Positions 35,091 to 46,139 of a stretch of DNA of 64,000 nucleotides are shown here, piece after piece. Numbering within the stretch: position 1 is the first letter of the stretch; the number at the start of each line of letters is the position of its first letter. Position numbers and translations under genes: made by a program. The notes below the pieces were generated by a model, which saw nothing but the letters and a program-made list of their open reading frames with translations, had not been told where the DNA came from and searched no databases. This DNA is from Savitreella phatthalungensis (lineage: Eukaryota), in assembly GCA_051599415.1 (NCBI GenBank), contig AP039689.1, positions 682,001 through 746,000 on the forward strand, written 5' to 3'.

Positions 35091-36176
35091 CTAGCCGCCA
35101 AGCGTAGAGACTGGCATAGTGGAATTGCTCCAGAGTGGTCCACCGACAGAAGAGGGTGCGGCGGTGCTGGACGATGGTGCAAGTGTAGGTACAGTCGATG
35201 ACGACAAGTACGCTGTGCTGAACGTGGTCGGCATCGCCACGCTTGCCACGGAAGATGCCGATGGAGCACTGACGATCGCAGACGATACGGCTGCGGCGGA
35301 AGCAGAGGACAACACACCGATCGTCACACTCGACGGAACAATCGAACTAACAGGCGTCGCCACGCTGCTCACAGCCGCAGATGAAGCCGTGCTCACCGTC
35401 ACATCGCCAGCAGCAACAGCACCGGTACCAGCAGCGCCAGATGCGGATGCGGATCCAGATCCAGATGCAGAAACAGAAGCAGAGGCGGATGAAACGGCCG
35501 CCATGGTCGATGTGGTCGTCAAGTGAACTGTCGTCACAGGAGGGTTCCAGGTGACAAAGATGGTGGATGTGATGGTGGACAGTGGGGTGGTCGTGGTGGG
35601 TGACGAAGCGACAGTCGTCACAGGCAAGGTGGAAGTAGTCGTGATCGCTTGTCCTGCAACGCCAGCCACACCTGCAGCGGTTGTCGATGTTGACGTGACA
35701 GGGCTGTTGACAACCACAGGCACGCCGGCGACACCTGCAGCAGTAACGGCAGTCGATGCTGTCGTCGTCGGTGGTGATGACGTGGGAGACGTTGATGAGG
35801 AAGGTTGTGGCTGAGTGCCTTGGTCGAGTACGCCGGCGGTGGCAGCGACCGCACCAGCGGCACCGACATAGACAGTCGTTGCAGACGGCATAACGGTCGC
35901 CGTCACCAGGACTGTGCCGGAATTCTGCGCGCCGCCCATTACGTTGACGATGTTGTAGGGTAGTGCAGTCGTGGCGGGTGTGGTGGCGGCGGCGGCAGTG
36001 CTCGAAGGGCAGCCGCAGTTGGCGTATTCCGTCACCCAGACGATCACTGGCGCTGGCGTGTTTGCAGGAGCATCGCGGCGAGCGATTTTAGCGTCACGTT
36101 TGCCGTTGCTCAATGGTGAGGCATGAGCTGTGCCTGCGGCGACAAGGCAGTCGATGAAGAAGTTGCGCAGATGCAT
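35091..36176 (-). CDS. Secreted Ser/Thr/Ala/Val-rich putative cell-surface protein
   Basis: Signal peptide-like MHLRNFFIDCLVAAGTAHASP, KR/RR dibasic sites, low-complexity body. Confidence 0.75.
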   Translation of the reverse strand: MHLRNFFIDCLVAAGTAHASPLSNGKRDAKIARRDAPANTPAPVIVWVTEYANCGCPSSTAAAATTPATTALPYNIVNVMGGAQNSGTVLVTATVMPSATTVYVGAAGAVAATAGVLDQGTQPQPSSSTSPTSSPPTTTASTAVTAAGVAGVPVVVNSPVTSTSTTAAGVAGVAGQAITTTSTLPVTTVASSPTTTTPLSTITSTIFVTWNPPVTTVHLTTTSTMAAVSSASASVSASGSGSASASGAAGTGAVAAGDVTVSTASSAAVSSVATPVSSIVPSSVTIGVLSSASAAAVSSAIVSAPSASSVASVAMPTTFSTAYLSSSTVPTLAPSSSTAAPSSVGGPLWSNSTMPVSTLGG

Positions 36177-37465
36177 ATCGAAGACTTTCGTTCGATAGGA
36201 TCGAAGGTGAAGATGAAGGTGAGGTGTCTTGATGTGTGGTGCGCGATAGTGCGACCATGACGAAGATATACCTCCATGACTGAGACTTTGTCCTCCTTCA
36301 AGAGGTGAGGTGTACGCGAACTTGATACGGTCGAGCGCGTCTGAAAGTAGCTTGACTGTGATGAGTTTTGCCAAATAGAGCCTTGAGGTGACTTACCCGA
36401 TTAGGAAGGTGTCACCTCGAGAAGCCGTTGAAATACCAGCCACCTGTGATCAAGAAAAAGGTCATCTCAATTTGGAAACCGGTTTACATTGTCACGGAAA
36501 GCAAAAGTCGTTCATGGACACCAAGTACAGAAGTTATCCATCATGGAAGTAGGGATAGTCCAGCATGGCCGAGTCGTGTTTGGCCATTTTTGTGTTCGTG
36601 CTCGGAGGGCGTAGAGCGTACATATTTCAGCAGAGGGATATATCCCAGTCCATTATACATGCTGCAGACTTAATTGAGCAGAAATCATGCTTCCACGTGA
36701 CCTAGACAATACCGTGGCTGTGCTTGTTGATCTTCGTGGCATCTGCTACTGTGCCACAAAAGTCAATATGACTTCAGCCACTGAGATATACACTGAAGAA
36801 ATACCGTTCTACCTTTCGACCAATAAGAATGACAGTACTGTATTGGATCGATCATGATGAAACAATTGAAGGTGATATGGTATGATAGCAGATCCAGATC
36901 GGAGTATAGTGGAGTGTAATGTAATCTAATGTGATGTACATGCTTCCGTACAGGGTTGATGATATCATATGAGTCGTCATTGGCTCATCTAATACAATAT
37001 AATATCTAGCTTCCAATCAAAACCAAGTCAAAGTCAATCAGAAGAGTACTGGAGAGTAAGACTTCAAGCACAGATACTACCTACACCTTTACACACTCAT
37101 AAATATATCCATACACTCTGATCATACACTCACCTGAACGTACGTACATACATAGAAACAGATCCACCTTGTTCGTATATACACGCACGTACTTGTCCAA
37201 TTCATCCATCCACACACAGCATACCCAGAACGCACGCCATCCATTCAAACAAGCCTCACAGGTCTCCTCCGCTTCGGTCATCCAATAACCAACACTCTTA
37301 CACGCGGTTACACGCGGTCATCCATCACCTCACTTCTCATATACATCATAACTTGGATCAATCCTTTACACTCGTCCTTGCCAACCACTTGAATACAACT
37401 GTGACCTCACATCTTTGAAGCTCAAAGCCAGCTTCTCAATCTCACTACAGCAAAGGAAAAGGTGT

Positions 37466-39163
37466 ATGCTTCGACGCCTGTCATTTGTCAGAAGAATTCT
37501 TACATCGCAATCCAGCAGCAATCAGACACGTAACATGGCTACCTCAAACACATACGAAATCGCCAACGTCTCTGATCTCAAGGATGGAGAGAAGAAGGAA
37601 GTAGATGTGCCCGGCACAGAGCAAAAAGTTCTTCTCTGCCGTATCGATGACAAATTCTTCGCCACAAGCCCAAAGTGCACACACTACGGTGCACCGCTCG
37701 CCAACGGTGTTCTCACCAAGGAAGGTCGTATCACTTGTCCATGGCACGGAGCTTGTTTTAAGCTTGACACGGGTGACATTGAAGATGCTCCAGCCATCGA
37801 CCCCATTATCGCCTTCAAGACCCAGACAAAGGGCGATAAGGTCGTCATCGAGGCCACTGAAGAAGATCTCAAGGCTGGCAGACGCAAGCCATCATGCGCT
37901 GTGAAGAAGACCAAGACGGACGACAGCGTCGTCATTGTCGGTGGTGGAGCCTCGGCGACCACCACGGCTGAGGCTCTTCGCGAGTACGGCTTTGCAGGCA
38001 AGATCACAGTCCTCTCCGCAGAAGATTACTACCCGATCGACCGTACAAAGCTCTCAAAGGCTTTGATCGCCGATGCCTCCAAGATCGCACTCCGTGACGA
38101 GGCCTTCTACAAGGAACTTGATATCGACTTCCGCAAGTCATCAGAGGTCAAGTCGATCGACAAGAAGGAGAAGAAGGTCGTCCTCTCAAGCGGAGAGTCC
38201 GTATCTTACGGCAAGCTCGTGCTCGCCGTCGGTGGTACCGCTAAGCGGCTTCCCATGGATGGCTTCGACCTCGACAACGTCTATGTCCTGCGCAACCTGA
38301 CGCACGCACAGCAGATCGTCAGTGCCCGAGATGCTAACGACGGTCAGAAGAAGAAAATTGTCATTGTCGGCAGCAGCTTCATTGGTATGGAGGCTGCCTT
38401 CGCAACCGCCAAGGACCACGATGTCACCGTCATTGGTATGGAGTCTACTCCTCTCAAGAACGTGCTAGGCGAGCAGATTGGCCAGACAATTCAGAAGAGC
38501 GCAGAAAAACAAGGTGTCAAATTCTACTTGGATGCCGGTGTCGAAAAGGCCATTGCCTCAGAAAAGGATCCCAAGAAAGCTGGTAAGGTGTTGCTGAAGG
38601 ACGGCACGGAACTCGAATGTGACCTGGTCATTCTCGGCGTCGGAATCGCTCCGGCCACCAAATTCCTTGATGGTCAGCTCACTCTCGAAAAGGATGGCGG
38701 TCTCCAGACGGATGAGTATCTGCAGGTCAAGGGCGAGCAGGACATTTTCGCAGTCGGTGACATTGCACACTTCCCGTACACTGGCCCCGGAGCAGAGGGC
38801 AAGCCGATTCGCATCGAGCACTGGGATGTCGCTCAGAACCACGGCCGTGCAGTTGCAAAGACTCTGAGCGGCACAAAGAAGCCCTTCCAGAACGTGCCTT
38901 ACTTCTGGTCAGCACAGGGCGCACAGCTCCGCTACTGTGGCAACAATTCGCCAACCGTTGGCTGGGACGACCTCGTCATCCAGGGCAGTCTCGACGAGGG
39001 CAAGTTTGCAGGATTCTACACAAAGGGCGATCAGGTTGTTGCAGTCGTGTCAATGGGCTACGATCCAGTTGTCTCAAAGGCAGCCGAGCTGATGCGCCGC
39101 AGTGCCATGCCCGGTAAGAAAGATCTACAGGGAGGTCAGGATATCCGACAGCTTGCCTTCTAA
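37466..39163 (+). CDS. aif1: AIF-like Rieske plus FAD-dependent oxidoreductase (AIFM3/Aif1 type)
   Basis: CTHYGAPL and CPWHG Rieske ligands, IVGGG, IDRTKLSK, FAVGDIA, RIEHW, VPYFWS. Confidence 0.93.
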   Translation: MLRRLSFVRRILTSQSSSNQTRNMATSNTYEIANVSDLKDGEKKEVDVPGTEQKVLLCRIDDKFFATSPKCTHYGAPLANGVLTKEGRITCPWHGACFKLDTGDIEDAPAIDPIIAFKTQTKGDKVVIEATEEDLKAGRRKPSCAVKKTKTDDSVVIVGGGASATTTAEALREYGFAGKITVLSAEDYYPIDRTKLSKALIADASKIALRDEAFYKELDIDFRKSSEVKSIDKKEKKVVLSSGESVSYGKLVLAVGGTAKRLPMDGFDLDNVYVLRNLTHAQQIVSARDANDGQKKKIVIVGSSFIGMEAAFATAKDHDVTVIGMESTPLKNVLGEQIGQTIQKSAEKQGVKFYLDAGVEKAIASEKDPKKAGKVLLKDGTELECDLVILGVGIAPATKFLDGQLTLEKDGGLQTDEYLQVKGEQDIFAVGDIAHFPYTGPGAEGKPIRIEHWDVAQNHGRAVAKTLSGTKKPFQNVPYFWSAQGAQLRYCGNNSPTVGWDDLVIQGSLDEGKFAGFYTKGDQVVAVVSMGYDPVVSKAAELMRRSAMPGKKDLQGGQDIRQLAF

Positions 39164-39848
39164 GATCTAAACCACAGCCTCAGCCGTCTCATGATTGCCG
39201 TATGCGCACAATCAGCCGACACCTCCAACTCTCAATCTCTATCCTTTAGCTAATAATAGAACAGCTAATTGCAATCTCTACCACGAGACGGCTAGCTCGA
39301 GCCTGGCCTTCTTGATGCCATGGATTTGATCAGTCCGCAAGGACTGAGACAGCGCTTCAGCCCTGCAGTTCAGCCTCGGAACGTGGCCTCGTTTGTCTTA
39401 CTACTCAAGCGGCTGAGTGAGTGACTGCCACGCCTGACAATTTCACTCTCATACAATCGTCAGCGCATGCCTCATCTCATAAGCGCAAACAAACGTGGTG
39501 GATATCATTGACATCAAGCTCTCGCGTGCAGACGGGTTTGGCGAACACTGGCTACTGAGAGAAGCATACCTCCATCAGCGGTGGACGAGTCCGGATATAT
39601 CCTCAGCTTCTGACCACTCAGTCCGAGCATCGGCATCTTTGGCACGACCACGCGATCGCAGTCATCTGATACACCGTCTCATTTCCCGGCTCAGCCGAGT
39701 GATGAAGCAAAAAATGTCGTGCGTGAGACCTTGCACGGACGCTTACACAAGCTCGACATTCCGACGAGTATATCACCATGTCAAAGTCCGCTTCCTCCTT
39801 CGCTGCCGTGGCGTCATTCCAGCTGCTTTCTTTCTTTAGTGTCGACGT

Positions 39849-42800
39849 ATGATGGTATCACTCGTTTTACCTCTCATATGTGGAGGCCTATTCGTCTCTC
39901 AGGTTGCCGGTAGACCAGCGCCCGAACCATGGTGGCATGAAGCATCTCCGAGTCCTTGCTCCGAGTCTGAGGCAGCCCGTATCAGAGGTCAGTCTCATTC
40001 GCCTGAATGGTCGCCGCCCGCATCAACGCCACCGTCCGGCGTCGGTCTGCCGGCATGGGCGATGCAGCCGGCAGAAAGCACTCCAGCTGTGACGTCGTCG
40101 TGGTTGAGCATACATAGTCCATCAGCGCCTGCCACAAGCCGAGTCCTGACCCCGGCGTGGGCCTGGCCACCATCGTCCTCGGCCACCCCAACTCCTTCAG
40201 TCTCACATTCCATCGCACCATTTGTTCCGGCATCATCCGGTCCATCTTTCGGAGGCTACCAAACTTCGCCACTGCCTTCAAGCACGCCAAAAGAAGTCAG
40301 TCCAGCTGTAAGCGTCGCATCACCAAGCGCTTCTATTCATACCTCGACCACTCCTTCTTTGTCAAGCCCTTCCTCTTTCTCAAGCACTCCGTCCACTTCA
40401 AGCACTCCGACTGTCTCGACCACTCCTTCAATCTCAAGCACTCCGTCTGCGATTCGTGCTGATACAAGTCCAGGACTACCTTCGTCTTCCAGTTCTATCG
40501 CTGCAAGTGGATCATTCACGAGTGCTTCGCATTATGATGAGGACTGCGAAGAGTGTCAAGCTACAGGTGACTTCTTTTCGAGACCCGCCACAACGCCGTC
40601 GGTGTCCCCAACAACTGGTGGCTACAGTACTGAATCCGACTACGAAGATTGCGAGGATGAGACTAGTTCGTCCTGGTCGTTGAGCTCTTGGCTCGCGAGT
40701 TCTCTGCCCACGCCTACACCTGCACCGACCCTTGCAGCATCATCGCCCGCCATCTTCAACGGTCAGCCCGTCACCAAGCCAAGCCCCGAAACCAGTAACA
40801 GCTACTGGGCAGGCTCTTGGGGCTCCAGCTCATCCTCATCCTTCAGCAGCGGCTCATACTGGTCCGGCTCCTGGGGCTCTGCGTCCTCGAGTGGCTCTAT
40901 TGTTGGCAGCAACTATTCACCTAGCAGCACACCTTCTCACGAGACGAATACCTGGACTCCGAGTTCCCCATCTAGCGGCACGCCTGTATATCAGCAACCT
41001 CAGCCAGCCGCTTCTTCGTCATTAGCTGAACAGCCGAACGTACGCAATCCCGAGAACGGCTCTCCTGCATCGTCATCGACTCCAGCCGGCGGAAGCGACA
41101 TCAACTCTGCTCGGGCGACACCATCGACGGCTGTGCCAGGCTACACGCCAGTCTACAATTCAGGTAGCTCTTCTGTGGCACCATCGACGATCACTGGAGG
41201 TGACTCGTCTGGCTCATCATCTGGCGGCTCGTCTTCGACAGGCGACTATACGCCTGTGTACAACGCAGGCACACCATCGGGACCATCCGCAACGCCGCTC
41301 GATTCGTACGACGACTGCGACGAAGGTCCAATCATTACGCCATCAGTCTCCAACCCAGCATCTGTTTACGATGCAGCTGTGACATCAGTCTCCATAGGTG
41401 CCAGCTATACGCCTGTCTCAGGCTTTGGCAGCCCTACAACACCATCTACAGCACCATCTACAGCTCCAGAGATTGAATATGTTGACTGTGACCAAGCCGG
41501 CAATCCAGTCGCTAGCCCGTCGAGCGTCGGCAGTGGTATGCCCAACTATGCGGCTGCCTCAACGCCTGCAATGAAAGAAGGCTCGCCGATCATAACGCCG
41601 TCCAAGTCCTCTGATGACTACGAGGATTGCGAAGAATCTGGTTCGAGCACAGCAGCATACGGGTTCGTCACGCCTATTCAGACGCCGACGCCGAGTGGAC
41701 TTGTAAATGCCGCAGCTGCTTCAACGCCACTCAGCCGTGTAGCGCTCACGCCGACCACACCAGCAGTCCCCGAAGCCTCACATGGTACTGATCCGATCTT
41801 CTCAGTCCTGCATCAGGTCATGAGCAGTGGCATTTCCAGCACGCCTACGCTCGTCCCGACGCCGACGCCTACACAATCCGGCGCAGTTCAGACCTTGGCC
41901 GCTTCCGCAGTACCATCGACAAGCAATACTACCGTCATCAAGCCCATCTCCAACAAGGCCAACTCGACCGCGGAACGTGACATTAGTGCTTGCCACGCGC
42001 TCAAGGATGGCGTGCCGAACATTCCTACAAACAGCTGGTTCGTGGTCAACGCTGTGTTTGAGAATTACACTCGTGTCGAGCTGACGGCCGCTTTCGGAGC
42101 TATCTTCATCGACGCTCAACAGCCAGATGACTACGTATGCGGACCGAATCCGACTGACACATGCGACGAGAAGCAGACTCTCGGATTCTACGTCGGCGAT
42201 GGCCCAACTCTGATCAATTCAGCTGTACCTGGGGGTCAAGCCCTCTACGTACGTCAGAAGTCCGGCATCATTGGTTACACGCGTCCGCACATGGAGATTC
42301 CGCCGGGCGCGAAGCACATCGATGATGCCGAGATCGACTGCCCATGGGACGAATTCCGTCTGTCCACCGCGCCGGTATATGCCTGCCCTGTCACTGTGAA
42401 GAAGATGAGCGGTGGATACTGCACGAAACCTCTCAAGCCAGCTGACGAAGAATCAGGCACTCTGTCGGCAAGTTTCCTGGACACCAGTGGCAGCATCGAC
42501 TTCGAGGATGGCTATGGCACGGATATCACGGCTGAATTCCTAGGCTCACTGGGCTCGGACAACGGCTACAAGCTCAACAAGCGATTCTACATCGACGTGC
42601 CCAGCGCAGATGCAAGCGCGCCTCCAGCAGCGACCCCATGCCCAAGCCTCACCTCTTCGGCTATCATTCCGGCTGTCAGTCCATCATCCGCTGCACTCCC
42701 AGCATCGACTTCCATCCCTGCTCTGAGCTCGCTTCCAGTCTTCAGCACTCCATCCGCTTTGGCCACGCCCTCTGCGCCAGCCTCGGCCTCGAACATTGCA

Positions 42801-43037
42801 GTAACCACGCCTGCTGCATCCGCGTCTCAATCGTTGTCCGGCAGTACGGCGCCAGCGGTACGCGCTGCATCTTCCGGCCTGCCTACAGCGCGCGGTGAGT
42901 CATGGACTTCAACCGTTCTCTCTGCGGTCTGGTACGAAGGCTGTGTGCCGATTGCTCTCGAAGCCAAGTATCCTTCACCTACTCAAGACTTTGACGACGT
43001 CTACTGCTTCTCGAGCGCCAAGACAGGTCTTGTCTAA
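39849..43037 (+). CDS. Large secreted mucin-like protein with C-terminal PhiA/IgE-binding-protein-like domain
   Basis: Signal peptide, S/T/P-rich body, VPGGQALYV..G..GYT..H..IPPG, YACP, GCVPIALEA. Confidence 0.75.
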   Translation: MMVSLVLPLICGGLFVSQVAGRPAPEPWWHEASPSPCSESEAARIRGQSHSPEWSPPASTPPSGVGLPAWAMQPAESTPAVTSSWLSIHSPSAPATSRVLTPAWAWPPSSSATPTPSVSHSIAPFVPASSGPSFGGYQTSPLPSSTPKEVSPAVSVASPSASIHTSTTPSLSSPSSFSSTPSTSSTPTVSTTPSISSTPSAIRADTSPGLPSSSSSIAASGSFTSASHYDEDCEECQATGDFFSRPATTPSVSPTTGGYSTESDYEDCEDETSSSWSLSSWLASSLPTPTPAPTLAASSPAIFNGQPVTKPSPETSNSYWAGSWGSSSSSSFSSGSYWSGSWGSASSSGSIVGSNYSPSSTPSHETNTWTPSSPSSGTPVYQQPQPAASSSLAEQPNVRNPENGSPASSSTPAGGSDINSARATPSTAVPGYTPVYNSGSSSVAPSTITGGDSSGSSSGGSSSTGDYTPVYNAGTPSGPSATPLDSYDDCDEGPIITPSVSNPASVYDAAVTSVSIGASYTPVSGFGSPTTPSTAPSTAPEIEYVDCDQAGNPVASPSSVGSGMPNYAAASTPAMKEGSPIITPSKSSDDYEDCEESGSSTAAYGFVTPIQTPTPSGLVNAAAASTPLSRVALTPTTPAVPEASHGTDPIFSVLHQVMSSGISSTPTLVPTPTPTQSGAVQTLAASAVPSTSNTTVIKPISNKANSTAERDISACHALKDGVPNIPTNSWFVVNAVFENYTRVELTAAFGAIFIDAQQPDDYVCGPNPTDTCDEKQTLGFYVGDGPTLINSAVPGGQALYVRQKSGIIGYTRPHMEIPPGAKHIDDAEIDCPWDEFRLSTAPVYACPVTVKKMSGGYCTKPLKPADEESGTLSASFLDTSGSIDFEDGYGTDITAEFLGSLGSDNGYKLNKRFYIDVPSADASAPPAATPCPSLTSSAIIPAVSPSSAALPASTSIPALSSLPVFSTPSALATPSAPASASNIAVTTPAASASQSLSGSTAPAVRAASSGLPTARGESWTSTVLSAVWYEGCVPIALEAKYPSPTQDFDDVYCFSSAKTGLV

Positions 43038-43356
43038 GATTTATCCTCCTCTAGACCTCATGTTAGCTATACTAAAGGCTAATGTTATTCTTCCTTCAGG
43101 TCCGTCGTCGAGCAGCAAGTCCGTACTTCTGGAACTTCGTGGCGTCCCAATTTTGAGCTGCATCGATTGACATGTGAATGACAAAGTGGGGCCACAATTC
43201 AATGGGCGGGCGACCCATTCTGGTTTGTGAATGACGTCTTCAGAGTCACGAATACCATAAAACGAAGCGTTCTCACAGAAGGTCACGCTCTCCTTCAAGT
43301 CGCGTAACTCCATCATAAGACTTCTTGTCTACAATGCTCAGCAGCAATTCTAGCAT

Positions 43357-44634
43357 ATGAGCGCAAGCTCAAAAGCCGCGCCTGATCACACAATAAGAGT
43401 GAGGGAGGTCATCGGACAGCGCGTCCCTGTGTTTGAATTCTTGCCGCGGTCGTCTTCCTCGTGGAAGTCTACGATGCGCGCGTCGTTAATCCTGTCGAGG
43501 CTTGCTCCGGAGCTCAAGATGGTCGTCAGGCGACCGGGCGTAATTCATTGGCAGCAGCTCGCCTTGCAACCATACATTGTCCGCCAAGCCGCCCCGATTC
43601 ACGCACGCCTGTTCACAGCGACCGCGTTCGAGCTTGTAGCAGCATCTCCAGAAGCGGCAGCAGCAGAAAAGGAACAGAAGCTTGGCACCAGTCCCGACGG
43701 ATCGTCAGATACATCAATCGATGCAGATCAAGTCCTGTCTGACGACCGGCGCGTTGCTGAATTTGGCAAAGCTTATACCTCAGAGTACTCGTCCTTGAGG
43801 GACAAGTACGCGACAGCGAGGTATCCGATCGTTCTCTGTCACGGACTTATGGGGTTCGACACGATGCGCATCGGAGAAGCGTCTTCCATTGGCGTGCCAC
43901 CTCTCGCCGTCGTTCACTACTGGAAGGGGATCCGAGAAGCTCTCGAGGCGAATGGTAACACAGTGCTCGTGACACGAGTGCCACGGACTGCAACGATCGA
44001 GAAGCGTGCAGAGCTTCTATCGCAGCAGATCAAAGAGCACTTCCCACCAGGCACGAAAGTGAACGTGGTCGGCCACTCGATGGGCGGCCTCGATGCGCGA
44101 TACATGGCATCTCGGCTTACACCGGGAGAGGTGGATGTGGTGTCTGTGACGACTGTGTCGACGCCACACCACGGGTCACCATTTGCGGACTACTGCGCAG
44201 CGCGCCTAGGCCGTAAGCGGCTACCGCGAATCTACCATGCACTCGACCGTCTCGGTGTCGATCTCGGAGCGCTCGAGCAGCTGACCACATACTATCTCGA
44301 TCGCGAATTCAACCCGTCAACGCCAGACAGAGCAGGGTGCAGGTACTTTAGCTACGGCGCATACTTCCGACCTAGTTGGCTCTCAGCCTTCCGATCGCCC
44401 TGGAGAGTGATTCACCGCGAAGATGGGCCAAACGATGGCCTTGTGAGCGTGAAGAGTGCGCGATGGGGAACGTACAAGGGCACCATCTCGGACGCCAACC
44501 ACCTCGATATCATCAATATGGCAAATCGGATCGAGTGGGCCATCTACTCGCTCTTCCTCCAGGAAGAACCTGCATTCAACGCCGTCGCACTCTACATGGA
44601 TATTTCTGATATGCTCGCCAAGGAAGGATTGTAG
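43357..44634 (+). CDS. TGL2: Triacylglycerol lipase, Tgl2-like (start may be ATG 43474)
   Basis: PIVLCHGLMGFD, YWKGI, GHSMGGLDAR, TPHHGS, NDGLVSV, NHLDII. Confidence 0.9.
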   Translation: MSASSKAAPDHTIRVREVIGQRVPVFEFLPRSSSSWKSTMRASLILSRLAPELKMVVRRPGVIHWQQLALQPYIVRQAAPIHARLFTATAFELVAASPEAAAAEKEQKLGTSPDGSSDTSIDADQVLSDDRRVAEFGKAYTSEYSSLRDKYATARYPIVLCHGLMGFDTMRIGEASSIGVPPLAVVHYWKGIREALEANGNTVLVTRVPRTATIEKRAELLSQQIKEHFPPGTKVNVVGHSMGGLDARYMASRLTPGEVDVVSVTTVSTPHHGSPFADYCAARLGRKRLPRIYHALDRLGVDLGALEQLTTYYLDREFNPSTPDRAGCRYFSYGAYFRPSWLSAFRSPWRVIHREDGPNDGLVSVKSARWGTYKGTISDANHLDIINMANRIEWAIYSLFLQEEPAFNAVALYMDISDMLAKEGL

Positions 44635-44757
44635 AGGACTATCTGGAAGGGAGACTGTACAAGGGCAGCTATTTGTACGACACTGTATCCAATGTTGCAT
44701 ATACATTATAATGTAATGTCTACTCTTGATCTGCCTATCTGCTAGCAAGCGTTTGAA

Positions 44758-45315
44758 TCACTGGGCTAGGCCATCATTATCGTAGGGAAGTCCAGCACTG
44801 CCTTCTCCGTCCTTTGAAGGTATTCCCGATAGACGCTGCTTCTGCTGGCGATCGTGTTCGTGCATGTCTCCGAAGGAAGGGTCGCTGGCACCTAGATCGT
44901 GATCGCCGTAAGCGTTTCCGGTTGGTCCCTTCATCTTCGCATCATTGTCCTTGACGTTCTGAGTCCTGGCAATTTCCTCACCTGTCACCCGCGTGGTCTC
45001 ACCATCTTTAGCCTGGCCTGAACTCGCAGCATCCAGAATACTGTCCTGGTCCATCCAGTTCGGAGGTCCGCCAGCTGGGGAGTCACGTGAAGAGCCCATG
45101 CCTGGTGATGCTTCCCTCGAGATATCTGGCTTGTGCGTGTGTGCCGAGTTCAAGTCGTGTGAGAGACTTCCACCTTGAACTTTGCCTGTGTCTGAAGCTG
45201 CAGATGCAGGAGAGAGTGTGGTGACAGAGCCTGCACCCTGAAGCAACGGTGCCTTGTTCTCTGGGCCGCGTGAAGGCGTGGATGACCTGGTTGTGTCTTG
45301 TGCTGCGACGCTCAT
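44758..45315 (-). CDS. Hypothetical hydrophilic, probably disordered protein
   Basis: 185 codons from ATG 45315, G/S/D-rich, occupies a gene-sized gap. Confidence 0.55.
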   Translation of the reverse strand: MSVAAQDTTRSSTPSRGPENKAPLLQGAGSVTTLSPASAASDTGKVQGGSLSHDLNSAHTHKPDISREASPGMGSSRDSPAGGPPNWMDQDSILDAASSGQAKDGETTRVTGEEIARTQNVKDNDAKMKGPTGNAYGDHDLGASDPSFGDMHEHDRQQKQRLSGIPSKDGEGSAGLPYDNDGLAQ

Positions 45316-45707
45316 CTTGATCAATCTGCTGTGCTTGGTTGTGTGGCAAAGGTACGTACTCGATTGTTCAATACCACAAACAGACTCAGAGATCTTCTCG
45401 TTGCTGTCCACTTGATCTTGAGCTTGTGCTTATGCTGGGAATTGGGCTTGTGCTGGTGCTTGTGCTTGTGCTTGTTCCTTTTGTTCACGAGCATGCAGTG
45501 TAGAGGATGAAGTTTGTCAATGGACTGGCGATGACCTCATAGCTCTCTCAATCTTGGAAAATACACGTGATTCAACTTATTACTCTCAAATCTCTGAATC
45601 CAATTTAAGAATCAATTCAGATCTATATATCTGGAGATCGAAATTCAATTTTTAAATTCAATCTCTAATAAATACACGCACAAGAATACACACACGTACG
45701 CACATAC

Positions 45708-45880
45708 ACGCGTGAATGCACAATTTAAAAGACGCGTCAACAACTCTGAAATAGAATCGAATCAAATCCACTCTCACTCACACGGAAATATGCATACATA
45801 TAAAGACGTACGTATGTGTAAGTATACAACACACGTACAGCTGCAGTCTATACGAATATACAGTATATACAAAGACGCGT
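45708..45880. promoter_or_regulatory. Three MCB boxes upstream of Rad4/TopBP1
   Basis: ACGCGT at 45708, 45732 and 45875. Confidence 0.6.
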
Positions 45881-46139
45881 TTATACTATCAAGTCACAAG
45901 ACACCCACTGAAGCAACCACAGTCAGACAACTGTCCTTTGAAGAACGATGAGTTCAAGGATCGTATCGGATCTGTTACAGAGTACTGGATGATTTGCGCG
46001 CAAGGGTTGTGTACAAACAAACACAGCAGTTCAACAATTGACGACCTCTAAGACCTATAGAATCTGCAAGCCATCGATGAAGAAGCATCATTCCATGACT
46101 ACCCAGTAACAACGGACCTCTCCACACTACCTCCTAGAA

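Noticed and set aside
45417..45480. (GCTTGT)n run, also (GT)n near 58268
   Set aside because: Ordinary microsatellites with no spacer structure; not CRISPR or telomeric
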